Of a stretch of DNA of 64,000 nt, positions 37,010-50,628 are shown piece by piece. Made by a program: the position numbers and the translations under genes. How positions within the stretch are numbered: the stretch's first letter is position 1; the number at the start of each line of letters is the position of its first letter. The DNA comes from Eledone cirrhosa (taxonomy: Eukaryota), in contig OZ024741.1 in assembly GCA_964016885.1 (NCBI GenBank), positions 143,096,001 through 143,160,000 on the forward strand, read 5' to 3'. The notes under the pieces are model-generated. The model was given only the letters and a program-made list of their open reading frames with translations, was not told the origin of the DNA and did not search any database.

Positions 37010-40000
37010 TGTCTACAGTAATGTTAACTAACAAACACCATGGGAAAGGCATGAATGCCCAAATTTTATAATTCTACTCTAAATCTCATAATTCATTCCT
37101 ATAGTAACAAACAATTGAATAGGCAGTTAGTCAATGAATATGAAAACACTGAGTACTAGCCTTAGATGTGTGTGTTGTCATCGCCATCTTTAATGTTTTT
37201 TAAGTCTACTTTTTCAAGCTGGTGTGGATTGGATAGAATATTTTGAGGCTATGTTTTACAGCTGGATGTCCTTCCTGACACCAACCTTTTTAGTTGCTTC
37301 TAACAAAGTATGGAACTGGTGTACCTATTCTAAAAACTGAGATACACACATCATCATTATTAAAAGCCAACAAGCTAATGTCTATATTGTCAATCAAGAT
37401 TCTAGAAAATTACATCCAAAATCAATGGATTCAGTCTTTTCAATACCAACCCACTCTAAGTTTCATGTTCCCAAATTGCCTTTTGTTAAACTTATGAGTT
37501 AATACATAATTAAGATGGTATTCGGAACATAACAAAAGGTTCTTATATCAAATTATGTTAAAAGAGTTTAATTTCTATAGGAACCCTCTAAAATAGATGA
37601 TTTTGTTTTATATAAACAGGTGGTTTTGAACAGACTGGTATCAAAAGGATTGAAGTCACTCCTAAATCTTATGATTACATTACTGCTATCATAAAATTTC
37701 AGGAAGCAAAAGTAGTGTTATTTTTAAAGAGTTAAGAACGTTATGGTGAAGGGGGTGTTGATATGGCAGTTTTGTTAAAATGTTCATTTCACAACTACAG
37801 AGTGGAAACTAGTCAAATAAACTACACCTGGTTCAAACTATTTAAAAGTGTTTATATTTATCTAAAAAAATTGTCCATTATAACTTTATGTAAGAACCTT
37901 TAAGTTAAACTCTGTTCCAAACACCATCTTAATATTGAGAAAGTTAGTTATATTACTAAATCCCTTCAAATTCTTGATTGTTTCCAAAATTATTTGAAAA
38001 TTATAGGGTGTGTTTCATTAGAAATATAGTAACAAAATAGTTAAACCTTCCAAAATATTCCAAACACCAGCTTAATAACGATAAATCATTATATTACTAA
38101 ATCCTTCCAAATTCTCTATTATTTTCAAAATTATTTGAAAATTAAAGGCTGTGTCTTTCATTAGAAATTAAAAAAATACTTAAGTTACATGCAAGTTTCA
38201 CAATCATGAAATATAAAGCACACAAGGAAAATGGTAATTATTTCAAGAGCAACACAAGAACACACAAACAAGAAAAATTATCTTTTTCTTCCATAAGTTA
38301 TAACAACTGTTATTCATTCAACAAGTAACATCAAATATAACAGTGCGGCATGTTTTTTATAGGTAACAAGCTAAAAATAACCAGGTCACCTTTCAACATT
38401 TTTATCAAAGGTTGAGCCTCACAAGACTGGGATTTGTTAAACCGACAGTATCAATAGTTTGAGATGGTGATTTGAGTCTGGTAGTTTGCATGACCATTAT
38501 CTGGCCACCTGTGACAACACCAATATTCGATATTGCTTATGTCCACCACACCACACCACACAGATGGAGGCTGATATTTTACTTTTTATCAAACTTAACA
38601 TTTGTACAGTATGATGATGATCAACCATGTTTAACTCTACATTAAACCTCATCAAGCAAAACTACGTCACAGGCATTTCAGCTATGAATACCCTGTAGTT
38701 CTTTTATAACAGGCATTAAACTATATTATCTATCTTGCTTCTACAAATGAGTGACTCCATAATGCACCTGTTAGGAATGATAGATAACCAAAGGGGTTTT
38801 CAAAAAGCACATTCTTATGGTTATTAACTCTTAACATCCTGTAATGATTTCGTAAAAAATATTTTAAAATGGATTAATTAATTCAAATGTTTATAGTATA
38901 TTTATTAGGACATACCATTGTGAAAATTTGCAATAAAAAAAACAGGAGGCTGAATGAGAATTACTGGGCCACATTCCTAGGTAAGATATAAACATCTCCC
39001 CAAACAAGGAACATTTTGGTATTTTCTATAGTTTTAACAAGGGTCATTAACATTCAAATAGTTCTTCAGATGAAATAACATTTTTGGGGGGTGGATATAA
39101 ATCAAAATAAAGCAAAACCAAGAACAACTTTGCCAGTAAAATAAGTGACTTCAGGATAAACAACATCACAAATAACCAAAAGATCACACATAAAATTGCC
39201 ACAGGCGATGACCTCTAAGATGACGGGCCATAGACATGAAAGCGCAGATGACAAAATATGAGAATCCCAAGATGGGATCTGTTCACAGCTCAATGCACAT
39301 ACTCATATAAACAGCCATCCACTTGAAGTTGTTGGATTGTATTGATCGCCAAGTGATTGCAACACTCTTTGTGTTCTCGTATTTATGAATTATTGAAAAT
39401 GGATTTCGAGTATCAATATAACTTGGTGAACAAAAATCTTGTTATCTTGTTCCTACTATTTTCTCTGTGTATTGTAAGAATTGTTAAGACCCTATTCGAA
39501 AAGCAGAAAATGTTAATCTTGGAATTCCAGAAAGCAACTACACAGCAAGATAATGAGATGATTGCATTGTACAACATTGCGTTACTGGTCACAAAGGCCA
39601 GTAAGTATCACACACTATAAAAGAAACATTACTTCAACCTAATATTGAAGAAGTTCTCTCGACTGTAATACATAAAAAGCCTAACACAGTTACAAAGACA
39701 ATTACACTTTGTAATAACGCAATATCTCCACATATGAAATGGCCACTGACATTAAACATCAACTCTTCCATAATTTCAAGAGTTATAAATCTTCCATACA
39801 AGTTGACGAATCAACAGTTCTAGAAAGTCAATGCTTGACAATGGTATGTTTTTTATTTTTTTTTTAATGAAAATATTCAACCTTATAAAGAGACGCTGTT
39901 CACTGATCAATTGTTGCTTAACTCAAAGTGTACATCTATTTTAGATTTATTGAAACTATCTTTTAATGAGCATAACATCCCACTGAACAACATTGTTGCC

Positions 40001-40196
40001 TGTGTATCTGATAAAGCGCCTGCTATGGTAGATTTCTCTGTTCACCATAAGGCTCACTAGCAGTATTTAGGGGCAAAAATATCAATGGGAGGCTTAGTAG
40101 TGTACTGCAGTTAGTTATTAAAACTGAACAAGTTAAAATCAAATTCTTAATCTGAACAAATTTTTTTTCAACTGTACCTTGACTGTGAGGCTTTAA

Positions 40197-40388
40197 CCCT
40201 TTAGCATTCATATTACTCTATATATACTATTGTATTTTCATGGTAAAGGCTTTATCTCACATAATATCTATGAGATTTTGAAAGTATTTATTTTGAGAAC
40301 AATACCTTAACATCAGTTTGAGCAACCAGTTACAGCCAGTTTCAACAGAAAGAGGTAGAGGGTTTTGGCCGGTTTGAACATTAAAGGG
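40197..40388. mobile_element. piggyBac MITE with TTAA TSD
   Basis: ttaa|ccctttagcattca ... tgaacattaaaggg|ttaa. Confidence 0.9.
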
Positions 40389-40672
40389 TTAAACGAGATA
40401 CTAAAATATGATGTTTGTCAAAAGATAATAGTGTTCATTTTGTTGAACTGTTTAATACAGTAATAATTTTTTTTTTCAAAATACTCCACTATCCACTTCT
40501 CAGATTGCTTCAAAATGAAAAAATTTTTCCATAACATAGTCACCAAACTAAATGATCTCAATATGTTACTGTAAAGAAAGCAAAAAATGCTTGTCGACTG
40601 TAAATCGTCCATCACTGACCTAATTTCTAAATTAAGTTGAATATTTCGAGACATCAATTCCACCAATTTTAA

Positions 40673-40893
40673 CCCTTTAGCATTTAAACCGGCCATATCC
40701 GGCCAGAAATCTCTCACCTCTTTCTGTTCAAACTGGCTGTAACTGGCCACTCATACTTATGTTAAGGTATTGTCCTCAAAATAAATAATATCAAAATTTT
40801 ATAAATTCGATATTATGTGAAATAATTATGTTAGGTAAAGCCTTTACCGTGAAAATATAATAGTAGATATAGAGTAATGTAAATGCTAAAGGG
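40673..40893. mobile_element. piggyBac MITE with TTAA TSD (opposite orientation to the 40197 copy)
   Basis: Perfect 14-bp TIR ccctttagcattta; TTAA on both sides. Confidence 0.95.
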
Positions 40894-40927
40894 TTAATGA
40901 TTATTTGCAATCATTGCATGATGATAT

Positions 40928-41266
40928 TCATTTCATTTTTCATTTTACGTCCGCTTTTTCCCTGCTTGCAAGGGTGGGACAGGAACTGATTCTGGCTTGA
41001 TTTCTACAGCTGGATGCCCTTCCTAACACCAACCTCATTTACAGTGAGTGCTGGGTGCTTTTTTGCCGTGGCACCTCCACGACCACTTTACAGTGGAATG
41101 ATAGGGACCGCAGACCCTATCATCTCATTTCTACAGCTGAGTAAACTGGAGCAATGTGAAATAAAGTGTCTTGCTCAAGGAAACAACACATCACCCGGTC
41201 TGAGAATTGAACTCACAACCTTTTGATTGCAAGGCCAATGCTCTAACCACTAAGCCATGTGTCTCC
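40928..41266 (-). mobile_element. SINE family B: tRNA head + CORE-like domain + RTE-derived 3' tail
   Basis: A-box 'tggcttagtggttag', B-box 'gagttcaattct', 'ccttgagcaagacactttatttcac', tail 'ttaggaagggcatccagctgtagaaa...cggacgtaaaatg' shared with the RTE 3'UTR. Confidence 0.9.
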
Positions 41267-42627
41267 ATATGCTATAGTGATTTCATATTATCAGATTGCC
41301 TGTTCCAGTTTAGTATAACAACCCGTTTGAAGTACAAGTAATTGATTGTGAAGATGATGTGCAGGAAAAAATGATAGATTTAAATGACAATGATGCCACA
41401 ATGCAGTATCAGCTTCATGGTAACCATGGCTTGTGGTATCATGAAATTATAATTATCACAATCTAATAAAATTTAATAAAATAGTTTTAACTGGTCAAGT
41501 TTGCTTCCATTTGTTGTTTAATACAGTAGTATTAGCAGCAGCACCTGCATAAATCAGCGTTATTTGTTACCTCCCATTGGTATTTTTTATGACATCATAA
41601 AAAGTCAGTTTATGAACCAGTAACAAACTTCTACCAAACAATTTTGGTATTCTTTTTTCCATATGAAAGAGAGTGATGAGGCAAAAATGGTTGGGAACCC
41701 CTGCCTTAGAGAATTTAGTGGTATTGTACTATAATCAAAGTCTTAACCAAAGTCAACTTTGCTTCCAGTTTTCTAAAGCTATTTCAATCAACTATATCCC
41801 TCTGCTACAAATATCTGCCATGTGCCAATGTAAAAAACTTTTTACAGATCAGTATGTATGAGGCTTGCCAATGTCTTGCAGCATGATATGTTCCAGATTG
41901 CACTAGAGAGAATCAAGATCCTATCAGGAAAAAGTGTTTACAGAATGATAATGATGTACTATCTCTAACTAATACAGAAAACAGACATTGAAGTACTATT
42001 GAAAGGTTATTAAATGAAGAAAATGTCTATCTGAAATAGAACCAATAGAGGGACTGGTCATCCAAGCTGACAGTAGTTTAGTAGCAAACGAACTAAGGAC
42101 CTTGAAGTTAAGAAAAGCAGCTGTCCATCAGAATGAAATTATCTGGAGGTAATTACAGGTGCATCAAATTGCTGTATTAGGTTACAAAAACTATAGAAAG
42201 AATAACAGCACAATTGAATAGGAACAGAATAAGCCTTCATGAGATGCAGAACTCATTCTCATTCACTATTAATCACATCTGCTGATATCCATCACATGTC
42301 TATATTCAATGCAATCACCCTCTATTGCTAACCATCATTCTCTCTCCTCTATGAAATTCTCAGCTGACATCTGCCACTCTCACTCATCAGCACATTTCTT
42401 CATTGAAATCAATCACACTCTCTCTCCTACCTTGACACCTCCCTATTTCTATCCCATCACAATGTTCACACTGTTTTTCAACAACTTCCTACCCACAACT
42501 AGCAGGTAGCTATCACAATCCTTCTCCTCTCCTACTATCCTATCATTCTGTTGCCTACACCCACTACAAACATAATCATACCCTTGGACATGTTTGCATT
42601 GAAAAAAAACAAAGACTACATAGTATA

Positions 42628-42810
42628 GTTGTTTCTACTTTTGGCACAAGGCCAGCAATTACCCAGTACATTACTGGTACTTTATTTTATTGACCCTGTA
42701 AGGATGAAAGGCAAAGTTAACCTCGACGGGATTTGAACTCGGACCGTAAAGGGACGTAACTATGCTGGAAAGCATGGCGTCCAACCCTCTACCGATACTG
42801 CCAATTCACC
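42628..42810 (-). mobile_element. SINE family A
   Basis: Full reverse-complement copy. Confidence 0.9.
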
Positions 42811-43195
42811 TAGTGAAGACACTTTAGCTTGGACATGACCACAACTCTAATGTTGATGCCATGAGAAAATGCATCTAGTACATAATATAAAATGAAGACA
42901 TACACAGGGTAGAGAGTATTCTTTAACCCATTCGTTACCAAACCGCCCAAAGCCACCCGAAAAAAATTTTGGTTCATGTGACCAAGCCGCCCGTACTCAC
43001 ACATTCATATTTAAATGAGAATATCAGAGCAAATCTCGTTAGTACATTCGTGAAAACACGTGATTATACTGCGTAAACAATTGAGCTACAGTTTTGGACA
43101 ACGATCGATGTGTTATTTTAATTCTGTGAATTTTGGGAGATTTTTTTCCAAATTTGTTCCTGTTGTGTTTTGAAAATTTGTAATTCTGACAAAAA

Positions 43196-44848
43196 ATGGA
43201 TATCAATTTCATTCTGTCAAGCAGCGAGTCAGAATTCGAAGGATTTTCCACTGAAGACCTTGAAAAATCTAACTCTATAACTGAAAAAAAAAAAAGCACG
43301 TGGTATTTGATAATGAATCCGATGTTTCATTTTCCGAAAGTGAAAACAGTGAATCCGAGAGCTTCGATGACAGCGATAAAAAAGATGAATTGGCACCCGA
43401 ATTGAGTAAAAATTTAAAAACTGTTTCTTTCAGTGATTTTTGTGAAGAAACTGGACCAAGTCACAGTCTATCCCAGGAGAGCAAAGCTTTAGACTATTTC
43501 CTTTTACTTTTTCCTATGAGCTTGTTTGAAATCATTACGGCGGAAACAAACCGTTACGCTGAAAGTAAACAAAGCGAAAAAAAGGATAGTTTGTGGTTTC
43601 CCACAAGCTTAAATGAAATTAGAGCTTATTTTGCCATAAATATTATTATGGGCATTAGAAAGCTACCCAGAATTACAAATTACTGGAGTAGCGATGAACC
43701 TTTGGAGACGAATATGTCTCAAGTATAATGATGAGGACACGGTTTTTAAAATTGACGCAATATTTACATGTAAGAGACACGAGCAGTACACCAGTACGTG
43801 GAGAACCAAACTATGATCCCTTATTTAAGATAAGACCCTTCATTGACTGTGTTCAAAACACATATAAAACAGTTTACAAACCAGGGAGATATTTATCTAT
43901 GGTGGGCTATAAAGGCAGAGTGCGTTTTTGACAATATATGCCAGGAAAGCCCACAAAATTTGGAAGATTTGCGAATCGAATACTGGGTACTGCTCTGGAT
44001 TTGAATTTTATACTGGCAAAAGAGACAATTATGTAAGTCAGCATGGCCTAGGGTATGATGTGGTCTGGAATTTATCACTTCCATACCATAACCAGGGCCG
44101 TATATTATTTTTTGACCGTTTTTTTTTTTAATTCGGTCAAACTTGCGGAGAATTTAGATACTGTGGCAACACATACATGTGCTACAGTGATCGCTAGTAG
44201 AAAAGGACTGCCGTTGGATATAAAAAAAGCAAAAAAAAAAAAAAAGGTGAAATAATTCAACGGCAGAAAGGAAATTTGCTAGCGACCGCATACAGAGATA
44301 AGAGGCAGATCAATTTTCTGTCTACCTGTGCACGGCCACATGTGGGTGAAAATGGCACCCCATTTGTGAATCTCGATTATAACAGGTACATGGGTGGTGT
44401 AGATCAGATGAATCAGATGATATCTTATTATCCAGTTGGCAGACCGGGGAATAAATGGTGGCGATACCTGGTTTGGTATATAGTAAATGAGTATTACGAA
44501 TGCGTTTCTGCTATATACCAAATCGGGACCGGCTCGAAAGTGATGCGACCATCTGCAGTTCCGAGCAGATATAGCAACACAATTAAGAGCTGGTTATTCC
44601 TAAAATAAAAATAACTGTAGGGAGAAAAAACAAAGCCTGCCAGAGGGATATCCCTCTGAATTCAGCCGATCTCCATAAATTAGAAAAAAATCGAGGGTCG
44701 CAAAAAGCAGTGTCGTGAATGCCTTCATCAAAAAAGGAAAGCTCCTAGTGGAAGGTCTGTTGAAACAACTTTCCAATGTGCATTTTGCAAGGTTGCATTA
44801 TGTAGAGCAGGGTGCTTCACAAGTTTTCATGATAGGAATATTGTTTGA
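43196..44848 (+). pseudogene. piggyBac (PGBD4-like) transposase pseudogene
   Basis: Split across ORFs: IITAETNRYA, MMRTRFLKLTQYLH, YDPLFKIRP, LFFDRFF, YNRYMGGVDQMNQ, KWWR, and C-terminal CRECLHQ...CAFCKVALCRAGCFTSFH; frameshifted, DEA motif missing. Confidence 0.93.
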
Positions 44849-44980
44849 TTTGTATATGTGTGATTTTATTTTATTAATATTTTCAAATTTACTTCGGTTT
44901 TTTTTATGTGTAATTTTAATTTCCCTGTAAGGTGAGTGACGAGTTTTGATTAATTTCTTTTGTAAATCATTATTGTATAT

Positions 44981-45131
44981 GCTTTGAAGCATAGAGTTAC
45001 GTCCCTTTATGATCTGAGTTCAAATCCCGCCAAGGTTAATTTTGCCTTTCATCCTTATGGGGTCGATAAAATAAAATACCAGTAATGCACTGGGTTATTG
45101 CTGGCCTTGTGCCAAAAGTAGAAACAATTAT
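44981..45131 (+). mobile_element. SINE family A (5'-truncated) with 12-bp TSD
   Basis: TSD attattgtatat at 44969 and 45127. Confidence 0.9.
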
Positions 45132-46210
45132 TGTATATTTCTGCGTATCTATGTATGTGGGAGAGCTTATTTAATCTAGTTGATGGTGTGTATTTTGTTT
45201 TCTAGTTTTCTTCACAGACAAATTCCAGTCTTTCGTTTTATTTATACCTTTATGGTACACCTGTCTTTTGTGTGTTTAAATTCACCTGATAAATCCAGTA
45301 ATGTGCACAACTCTTCTATAGTAAAATTTTGTTGTATACCCAATTGAATATTAGCTAATAACCCATTTTCTATAGTGATGTTTGAACAAAATTTAAATAA
45401 TTTCATATTTTGTTGAATTTACCTGTAATTAGAGTCACTTTGAGACAAAAATTATGGAATAGAATTGGTTGAGAACCTTTCGTTAAATTTTCTTCCAAAA
45501 ATCACATTAATATGCTGATAAATAAAAAAGTTAGAGTTGTTTAATGAAACCAGACTAAATTTATGATTATGTTAGAAATTAATTGAAACACGTAAATGGT
45601 GTATTTTGGTTAAAAATATGGTAACGAAAGGGTTAATCATGTTAAGGACTTGACAATATCTTTAGTGTTACTACCTTGATAAAATGCCCCCAGTACACTC
45701 TGTAAATTAATTACTGCTAAGAAGGGCATCTAGAAGGTAGTAATTCTGAATAAGAACTTGTGGAGATTATGACAACCTACCTAACCTATGCCTGCATGGA
45801 TAATGAATAAAAAACAAAGCAATGCTCCAGCATAACCGCAGTCAAATTACGAAAACCAGCAAAAGAGTAAAAGAATACACACACATACATTTCTAATTAA
45901 GAACAACCATTTACTCCAAAGTTTCACTGACTTTCCTGGCTTGTTTTGATAAGCCAATAATGTCAGCGAAACTTTGAAGTAAGCAGTCGCTCTTAATAAC
46001 AAATATATTGATTGTATATATGTTCTACGGAAACTCTTGACATTACACACGCACAAAGATATATAAAGAAAAGAACACAAATGACCATAGAATTTGCACC
46101 TAGTATGTTCAACTCTGAGGCACAAGACTGGGCAAGGTGCTTTTGTAGAATCCTAGCAGATGCACATGCATACCAGTCTCCCCTCTTCACGCCAGCGTTG
46201 TTGTCTAAAG

Positions 46211-47130
46211 CAGTGGTCGCCAACCTTTCTAAAACCGAGGAACCCTCTAAATATTTTGAATTCTTCACGGAACCTATACAATACAAAACCTTTCAAAAAA
46301 AAATAATAAAGTATTTATTTATTTTAGTGAACTTACGTTGTGAGAACAGTGAACTGATCCAGTCTCTCGGCTGAGAGACCTCGCTGAACTGAAGTTTTCA
46401 GTTTAAAGTTATGCTGTCACCGACCAACATTTACTTGTTTGTGATTGGTCAATTTCTAAGTTCAATTAGTGTATTATCAGTAGTAGTCAAATTCTCAGAA
46501 TTCAGAAAACTATGTCTTTCCAAGAATAATAATAATGAAATTATTGTGTAAAGTGCTCAGGTGCACTACAACTCGTCAAAGGTGTATGTATAGTACATAA
46601 AATAATACACAAATGTCAGGGAAGTGAATAGTGTATGAGTCATGGTATACATGTGTATATGCGTATGGAGGGGGAACATTAGGTGTAGTGTTGGCGGATC
46701 TCGGGAAGCATGGAGGCCTTAAAGGATGCAGTGTCTCGACAGCTAACAACCGATGCAGGCAGTTTGTTCCATGCTTCAGCAACTCTGAGCGTGAAAAATG
46801 TTTCCGAAAGTCTTGGGAACTGTGCTGTTTTCTGACTTTGTGGGCATGCCCACATGTGTTAAACACATGGAAATCAAAAAATTGATGTGAAATTGAAAGT
46901 ATTCAATTTCCACGAATCTCAGAACAGTGTTTTTCTGCTAATTCAAGTGAGAAACTGAAAGTAGTGTTTTCCACGAATTGGAGTGGAGAACCTGTGTACA
47001 CTACAATAGTACTCGTTCATTTATACATTGCACCTTTTTCAGAAAACCCAAAATATTAATGGTAATGTAAATATTTATTTTTTTAAGGAACCCGGAGTTT
47101 GTTTTACGGAACCCATGTTGGCGACCACTG
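46211..47130. mobile_element. Non-autonomous hAT (Buster/Charlie-type) element with 8-bp TSD
   Basis: 14-bp TIR cagtggtcgccaac; TSD gtctaaag at 46203 and 47131. Confidence 0.95.
46525..46868 (-). mobile_element. CR1-clade LINE 3' end nested in the hAT element
   Basis: NTCGHAHKVRKQH...RKHF + LRVAEAWNKLPASVV...FK; (ATT)n tail. Confidence 0.88.
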
Positions 47131-47674
47131 GTCTAAAGCACAGGTTCTCAACCCATTTAGGCCAAACGCCCGCTTTTGTCCGTCGAAATCACGAATATAC
47201 TACTGATTTTTATATCAGTAGGTTACTAAAAAATTGATTAACAATATTCCAAAGATGTGTGTATTATCTGATTATGTGTTGTATGTGGTCCTAGATGTGT
47301 GTGCTACTCGCTACTGTTTTTTCTTTTCTTTTTTTTTATTTGTAATATTATTTATACATTAGGGAATAAAATAGATCTACATAGTGTTAACTCGTTACGG
47401 TTGAGTCAATAATTTCAGACATGAAATACATTGTTATCGGTGAAGGAAAGATAAGATTCTAACTGGCTGCGCTCAAAGTGTCTTTGACTGAGTTTTTCCA
47501 TTTTTAGGATGTCGATTAACGTCTCAATTACCGGACATGCCTGCACACCTGCTCACAGCTGCGGTCAGACTATAGTTATGCTGTCTGCAAGCTCATTCAA
47601 ATGCATTCACACTGGCTGTCTCAAAGACATACAAATATGGCTTATAAAACTTACCAAAATAAAGAGCCTTCCAG

Positions 47675-47827
47675 CTTATTTATTTATTTATTAAAATAAC
47701 AGATTAAAGTTTAAGCAAAGAATCGCTGCTTTCACCCTTAACGAGTTTCAAAAGATCCCGTTAAGGATGAAAGCAGCGATTCTTTGCTTAAACTTTAATC
47801 TGTTATTTTAATAAATAAATAAATAAG
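47675..47827. repeat. Near-perfect fold-back (69-bp arms, 15-nt loop)
   Basis: cttatttattt...cacccttaacg / cgttaaggatg...aaataaataag; one mismatch seen. Confidence 0.92.
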
Positions 47828-48818
47828 TATATATCATCGTTTAACACCCATCTTCCACACTAGCATGGGTTGACGGTTTTGTTCCAGTTGATGAAGGAAT
47901 GGTTGGGAGAGCGTGTCTCTGGCAGGTTTTTTACAGCTGGATGCCCTTCCTAACACCAACCACATTTACAGTGTGGACTTATATATACATATATAGTGGT
48001 TGTGTAGTGTCATGACAAAAAGCACTCAGTCCACACTGTAAAGTGATCGTCTAGGTGTCACGATAAAAAAGCACCCAGTACTCACTGTAAATGAAGTTGG
48101 TGTTAGGAAGGGCGTTCAGCAGTAGAAACCAATAGGACAACTTGTCTAACTTATGCTAGCATAGAAAAATAGATGTAAAACGGTGATGATGATGATGATA
48201 CATACACACACATATTTTATACATACACAGAGGTGAGTGTATGTGAACATGTGCAAACATTTGAATATAAAAGCTTCAATGTAAGTAAAAAGAAAAATAG
48301 GGTATTGGACACTGGAAGTAGAGTAGTTACGAATCTGTAATTCAAATTGCCTAACTTATTCCTAAACAAAATTTGAGGAAAAACAAAAACAACAAAAAAA
48401 CTTTACTTAAATATGATAGTGATTTTCCACAATTTTCGATTCACATCACACTGAATAAGCTGCTAAAAGTGCTACTAAGATATTTTAAAGTCTTAATTGA
48501 AAGAGAAATGGGCACATTCATTGCACTCAACAGCAAAGGAAATTACATGCAGTAGTACAGGGTATGAAAAAATATCACTTCAAATGTTCTAAATATCCTG
48601 TTATTTCTTAATTCACCTCAAAAGCTCACGGCACATCAACTGTGATCCGACAGTGGTTGAAGATATCTACAATACACTCAGCCATCCACGAACACATTTA
48701 TTCGTACATATGTTCACATCATCATCATTTTATATCCGCTTTTCCCTGCTTGCAAGGGTTGGACGGGTCCTATTCAGCACATATAAATACATATATATAT
48801 ATACACGCATATACATAC

Positions 48819-48889
<71 letters not shown>

Positions 48890-48899
48890 CATGAATAAA

Positions 48900-50558
48900 T
48901 GATACCGAATGATTGGTGCAGTAGTATCACTGTCAACTGCTACAAGGGTAAAGAAGATGCATTAGATAGAGGTAACTATAGAGACATTAAGTTGATGAAA
49001 CAGGTCATGAAAGTAACAGAAAGATTGATAGCACAGCTATTTAGAGAACAAGTTATTTAGATGAGGCAAAAGCACCACAGATATTTGTTTCCTTGTGAAG
49101 CAGTTACAGGAAATGTACCTAGCTAAAAGTAAGCTGCTCTACCTGGCATTTGTTGATTTGGAGAAAGCTTTTGACAGAGTTGCCCGTGCCATAATCTGGC
49201 TCTTAGAAAACTAAGATTAGAAGAATGGCTCTTGAAGGCTGTGCAAACTATGTATAGGGAAGCAGTCAGTAAAATTAGGATTAACAACAATTATAGAGAG
49301 GAATTTAACGTACAGGCTAGCGTCCACCAGGGCTCTGTTCTTAGCCTTCAACTGTTTATTATCATTCTGCAAGCTATAATAGAGGAGTTTATCTCTGGCA
49401 ACCCATGAGAACTCCTGTATGTGGATGATCTTACACTTATAGCTGAATCTATGGCAGAATTAGAAAAGAAATACCAAACCTGGAAGCATGGCCCAGAAAC
49501 AAAGGGTTTTAAAGTCAACCTGACAAAGACTAAAGTCCTAGTAAGTAGAAATTCCATCCTTTGTCTCAAATGCAAACTATGGGTACACAAGAGATGTAGT
49601 GGGATCTCAGGTACTTGAGCTAAGAAAGTAGGTTTTACACGTGGTCGTTGCACTGGAGCAGTAAGTAGCAAACGACCACAAGAAACAAGTACTATCAAAT
49701 TCTGGGAAGGTTCAGTAGAAGCAGTAGGCAGTTTCTGCTACCTGGGTGACCAAATTAGCAGCAGAGGTGGGTGTTCCAAAAGTGCAGTAGCCAGAGTGAG
49801 AACAAGATGGGAGATGTTCATGGAGCTACTACTACTGCTAGCTACAAAAATCTTTTCCCCGAAAACGAAGGGCATATTGTATGGTGTGTGTATATGAACA
49901 GCAACATTGCATAGTAGCGTGTGCTGTGTGCAAAAGGACCTGCAAAGATTGGAAAGAAATGAAGCTTCTATGTTTTGATGGATGTGTAATAGCAATATAC
50001 ATGAACGGCAAAGCATAAATGAACTGAGAGAGAAATTAGGCATTAGAAGATTCAGATGCAGTGTGCAGGAGAGGAGATTGCATTGGTATGTGGTGCCTAT
50101 GAAGGACAGCTGTAGAAAAAGGTGCAGAGTGCTCAAAGTTGATGGAAGCTATGGAGTAGGAAGATGCAGTCATAAAAGCTGACACTGACAATTGCACCTC
50201 TCAAAGGTGATGACACAGGACCGAGATCTCTGGTGTTATGCAGAAGACCCGCCTTTCCCATGAGCACAGGCTGAAACATAGATCTAGTATGCACCACCTT
50301 TACCTCCATCCCCCTTCCATACACCTCCAATGTCCTAACATTCTGCCCTCCACACACCCCTATACACACCTTCCCCACCAAAACCCCCAGCCCACACTGC
50401 AAATGTGGTTGGCATTAGGAAGGGCATTTAGCCATATAAACCATCCCCAAATCAGTTCTGTATGAACAAGGCATGGTCATCTGACCTGGACTATCTCACA
50501 ATGGGACAAATTCGTCTAACCCACGCCAACTTGAAAAAATGGACATTAAACGATGATG
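48900..50558 (+). mobile_element. Older RTE LINE copy (RT to 3' tail)
   Basis: NYRDIKLM, LAFVDLEKAFDRV, LYVDDLTLIAESM, ERRLHWY; many stops and indels. Confidence 0.92.
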
Positions 50559-50628
50559 TATATACATATATATGAATATATTTGTTTTGTTCGGTTTTTG
50601 ATATGAAATCGTGTGTCGAAACAAATAT

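Larger units (their letters stand above)
39350..41703 (+). mobile_element. Degenerate hAT (Buster/Charlie, SCAND3/ZBED5-like) transposon with nested insertions
   Basis: ETLLQPNIEEVL, IQVDEST, NIPLNNIVACVSDKAPAMV, KLNDLN, NPFE..QEKMIDL; right TIR 'ggttgggaacccctg' followed by ccttagag. Left end not located. Confidence 0.8.
42927..45632 (+). mobile_element. Complete piggyBac transposon (TIRs + TTAA TSD)
   Basis: ttaa|cccattcgttacca ... tggtaacgaaaggg|ttaa; internal transposase; nested SINE A at 44981-45131. Confidence 0.96.
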
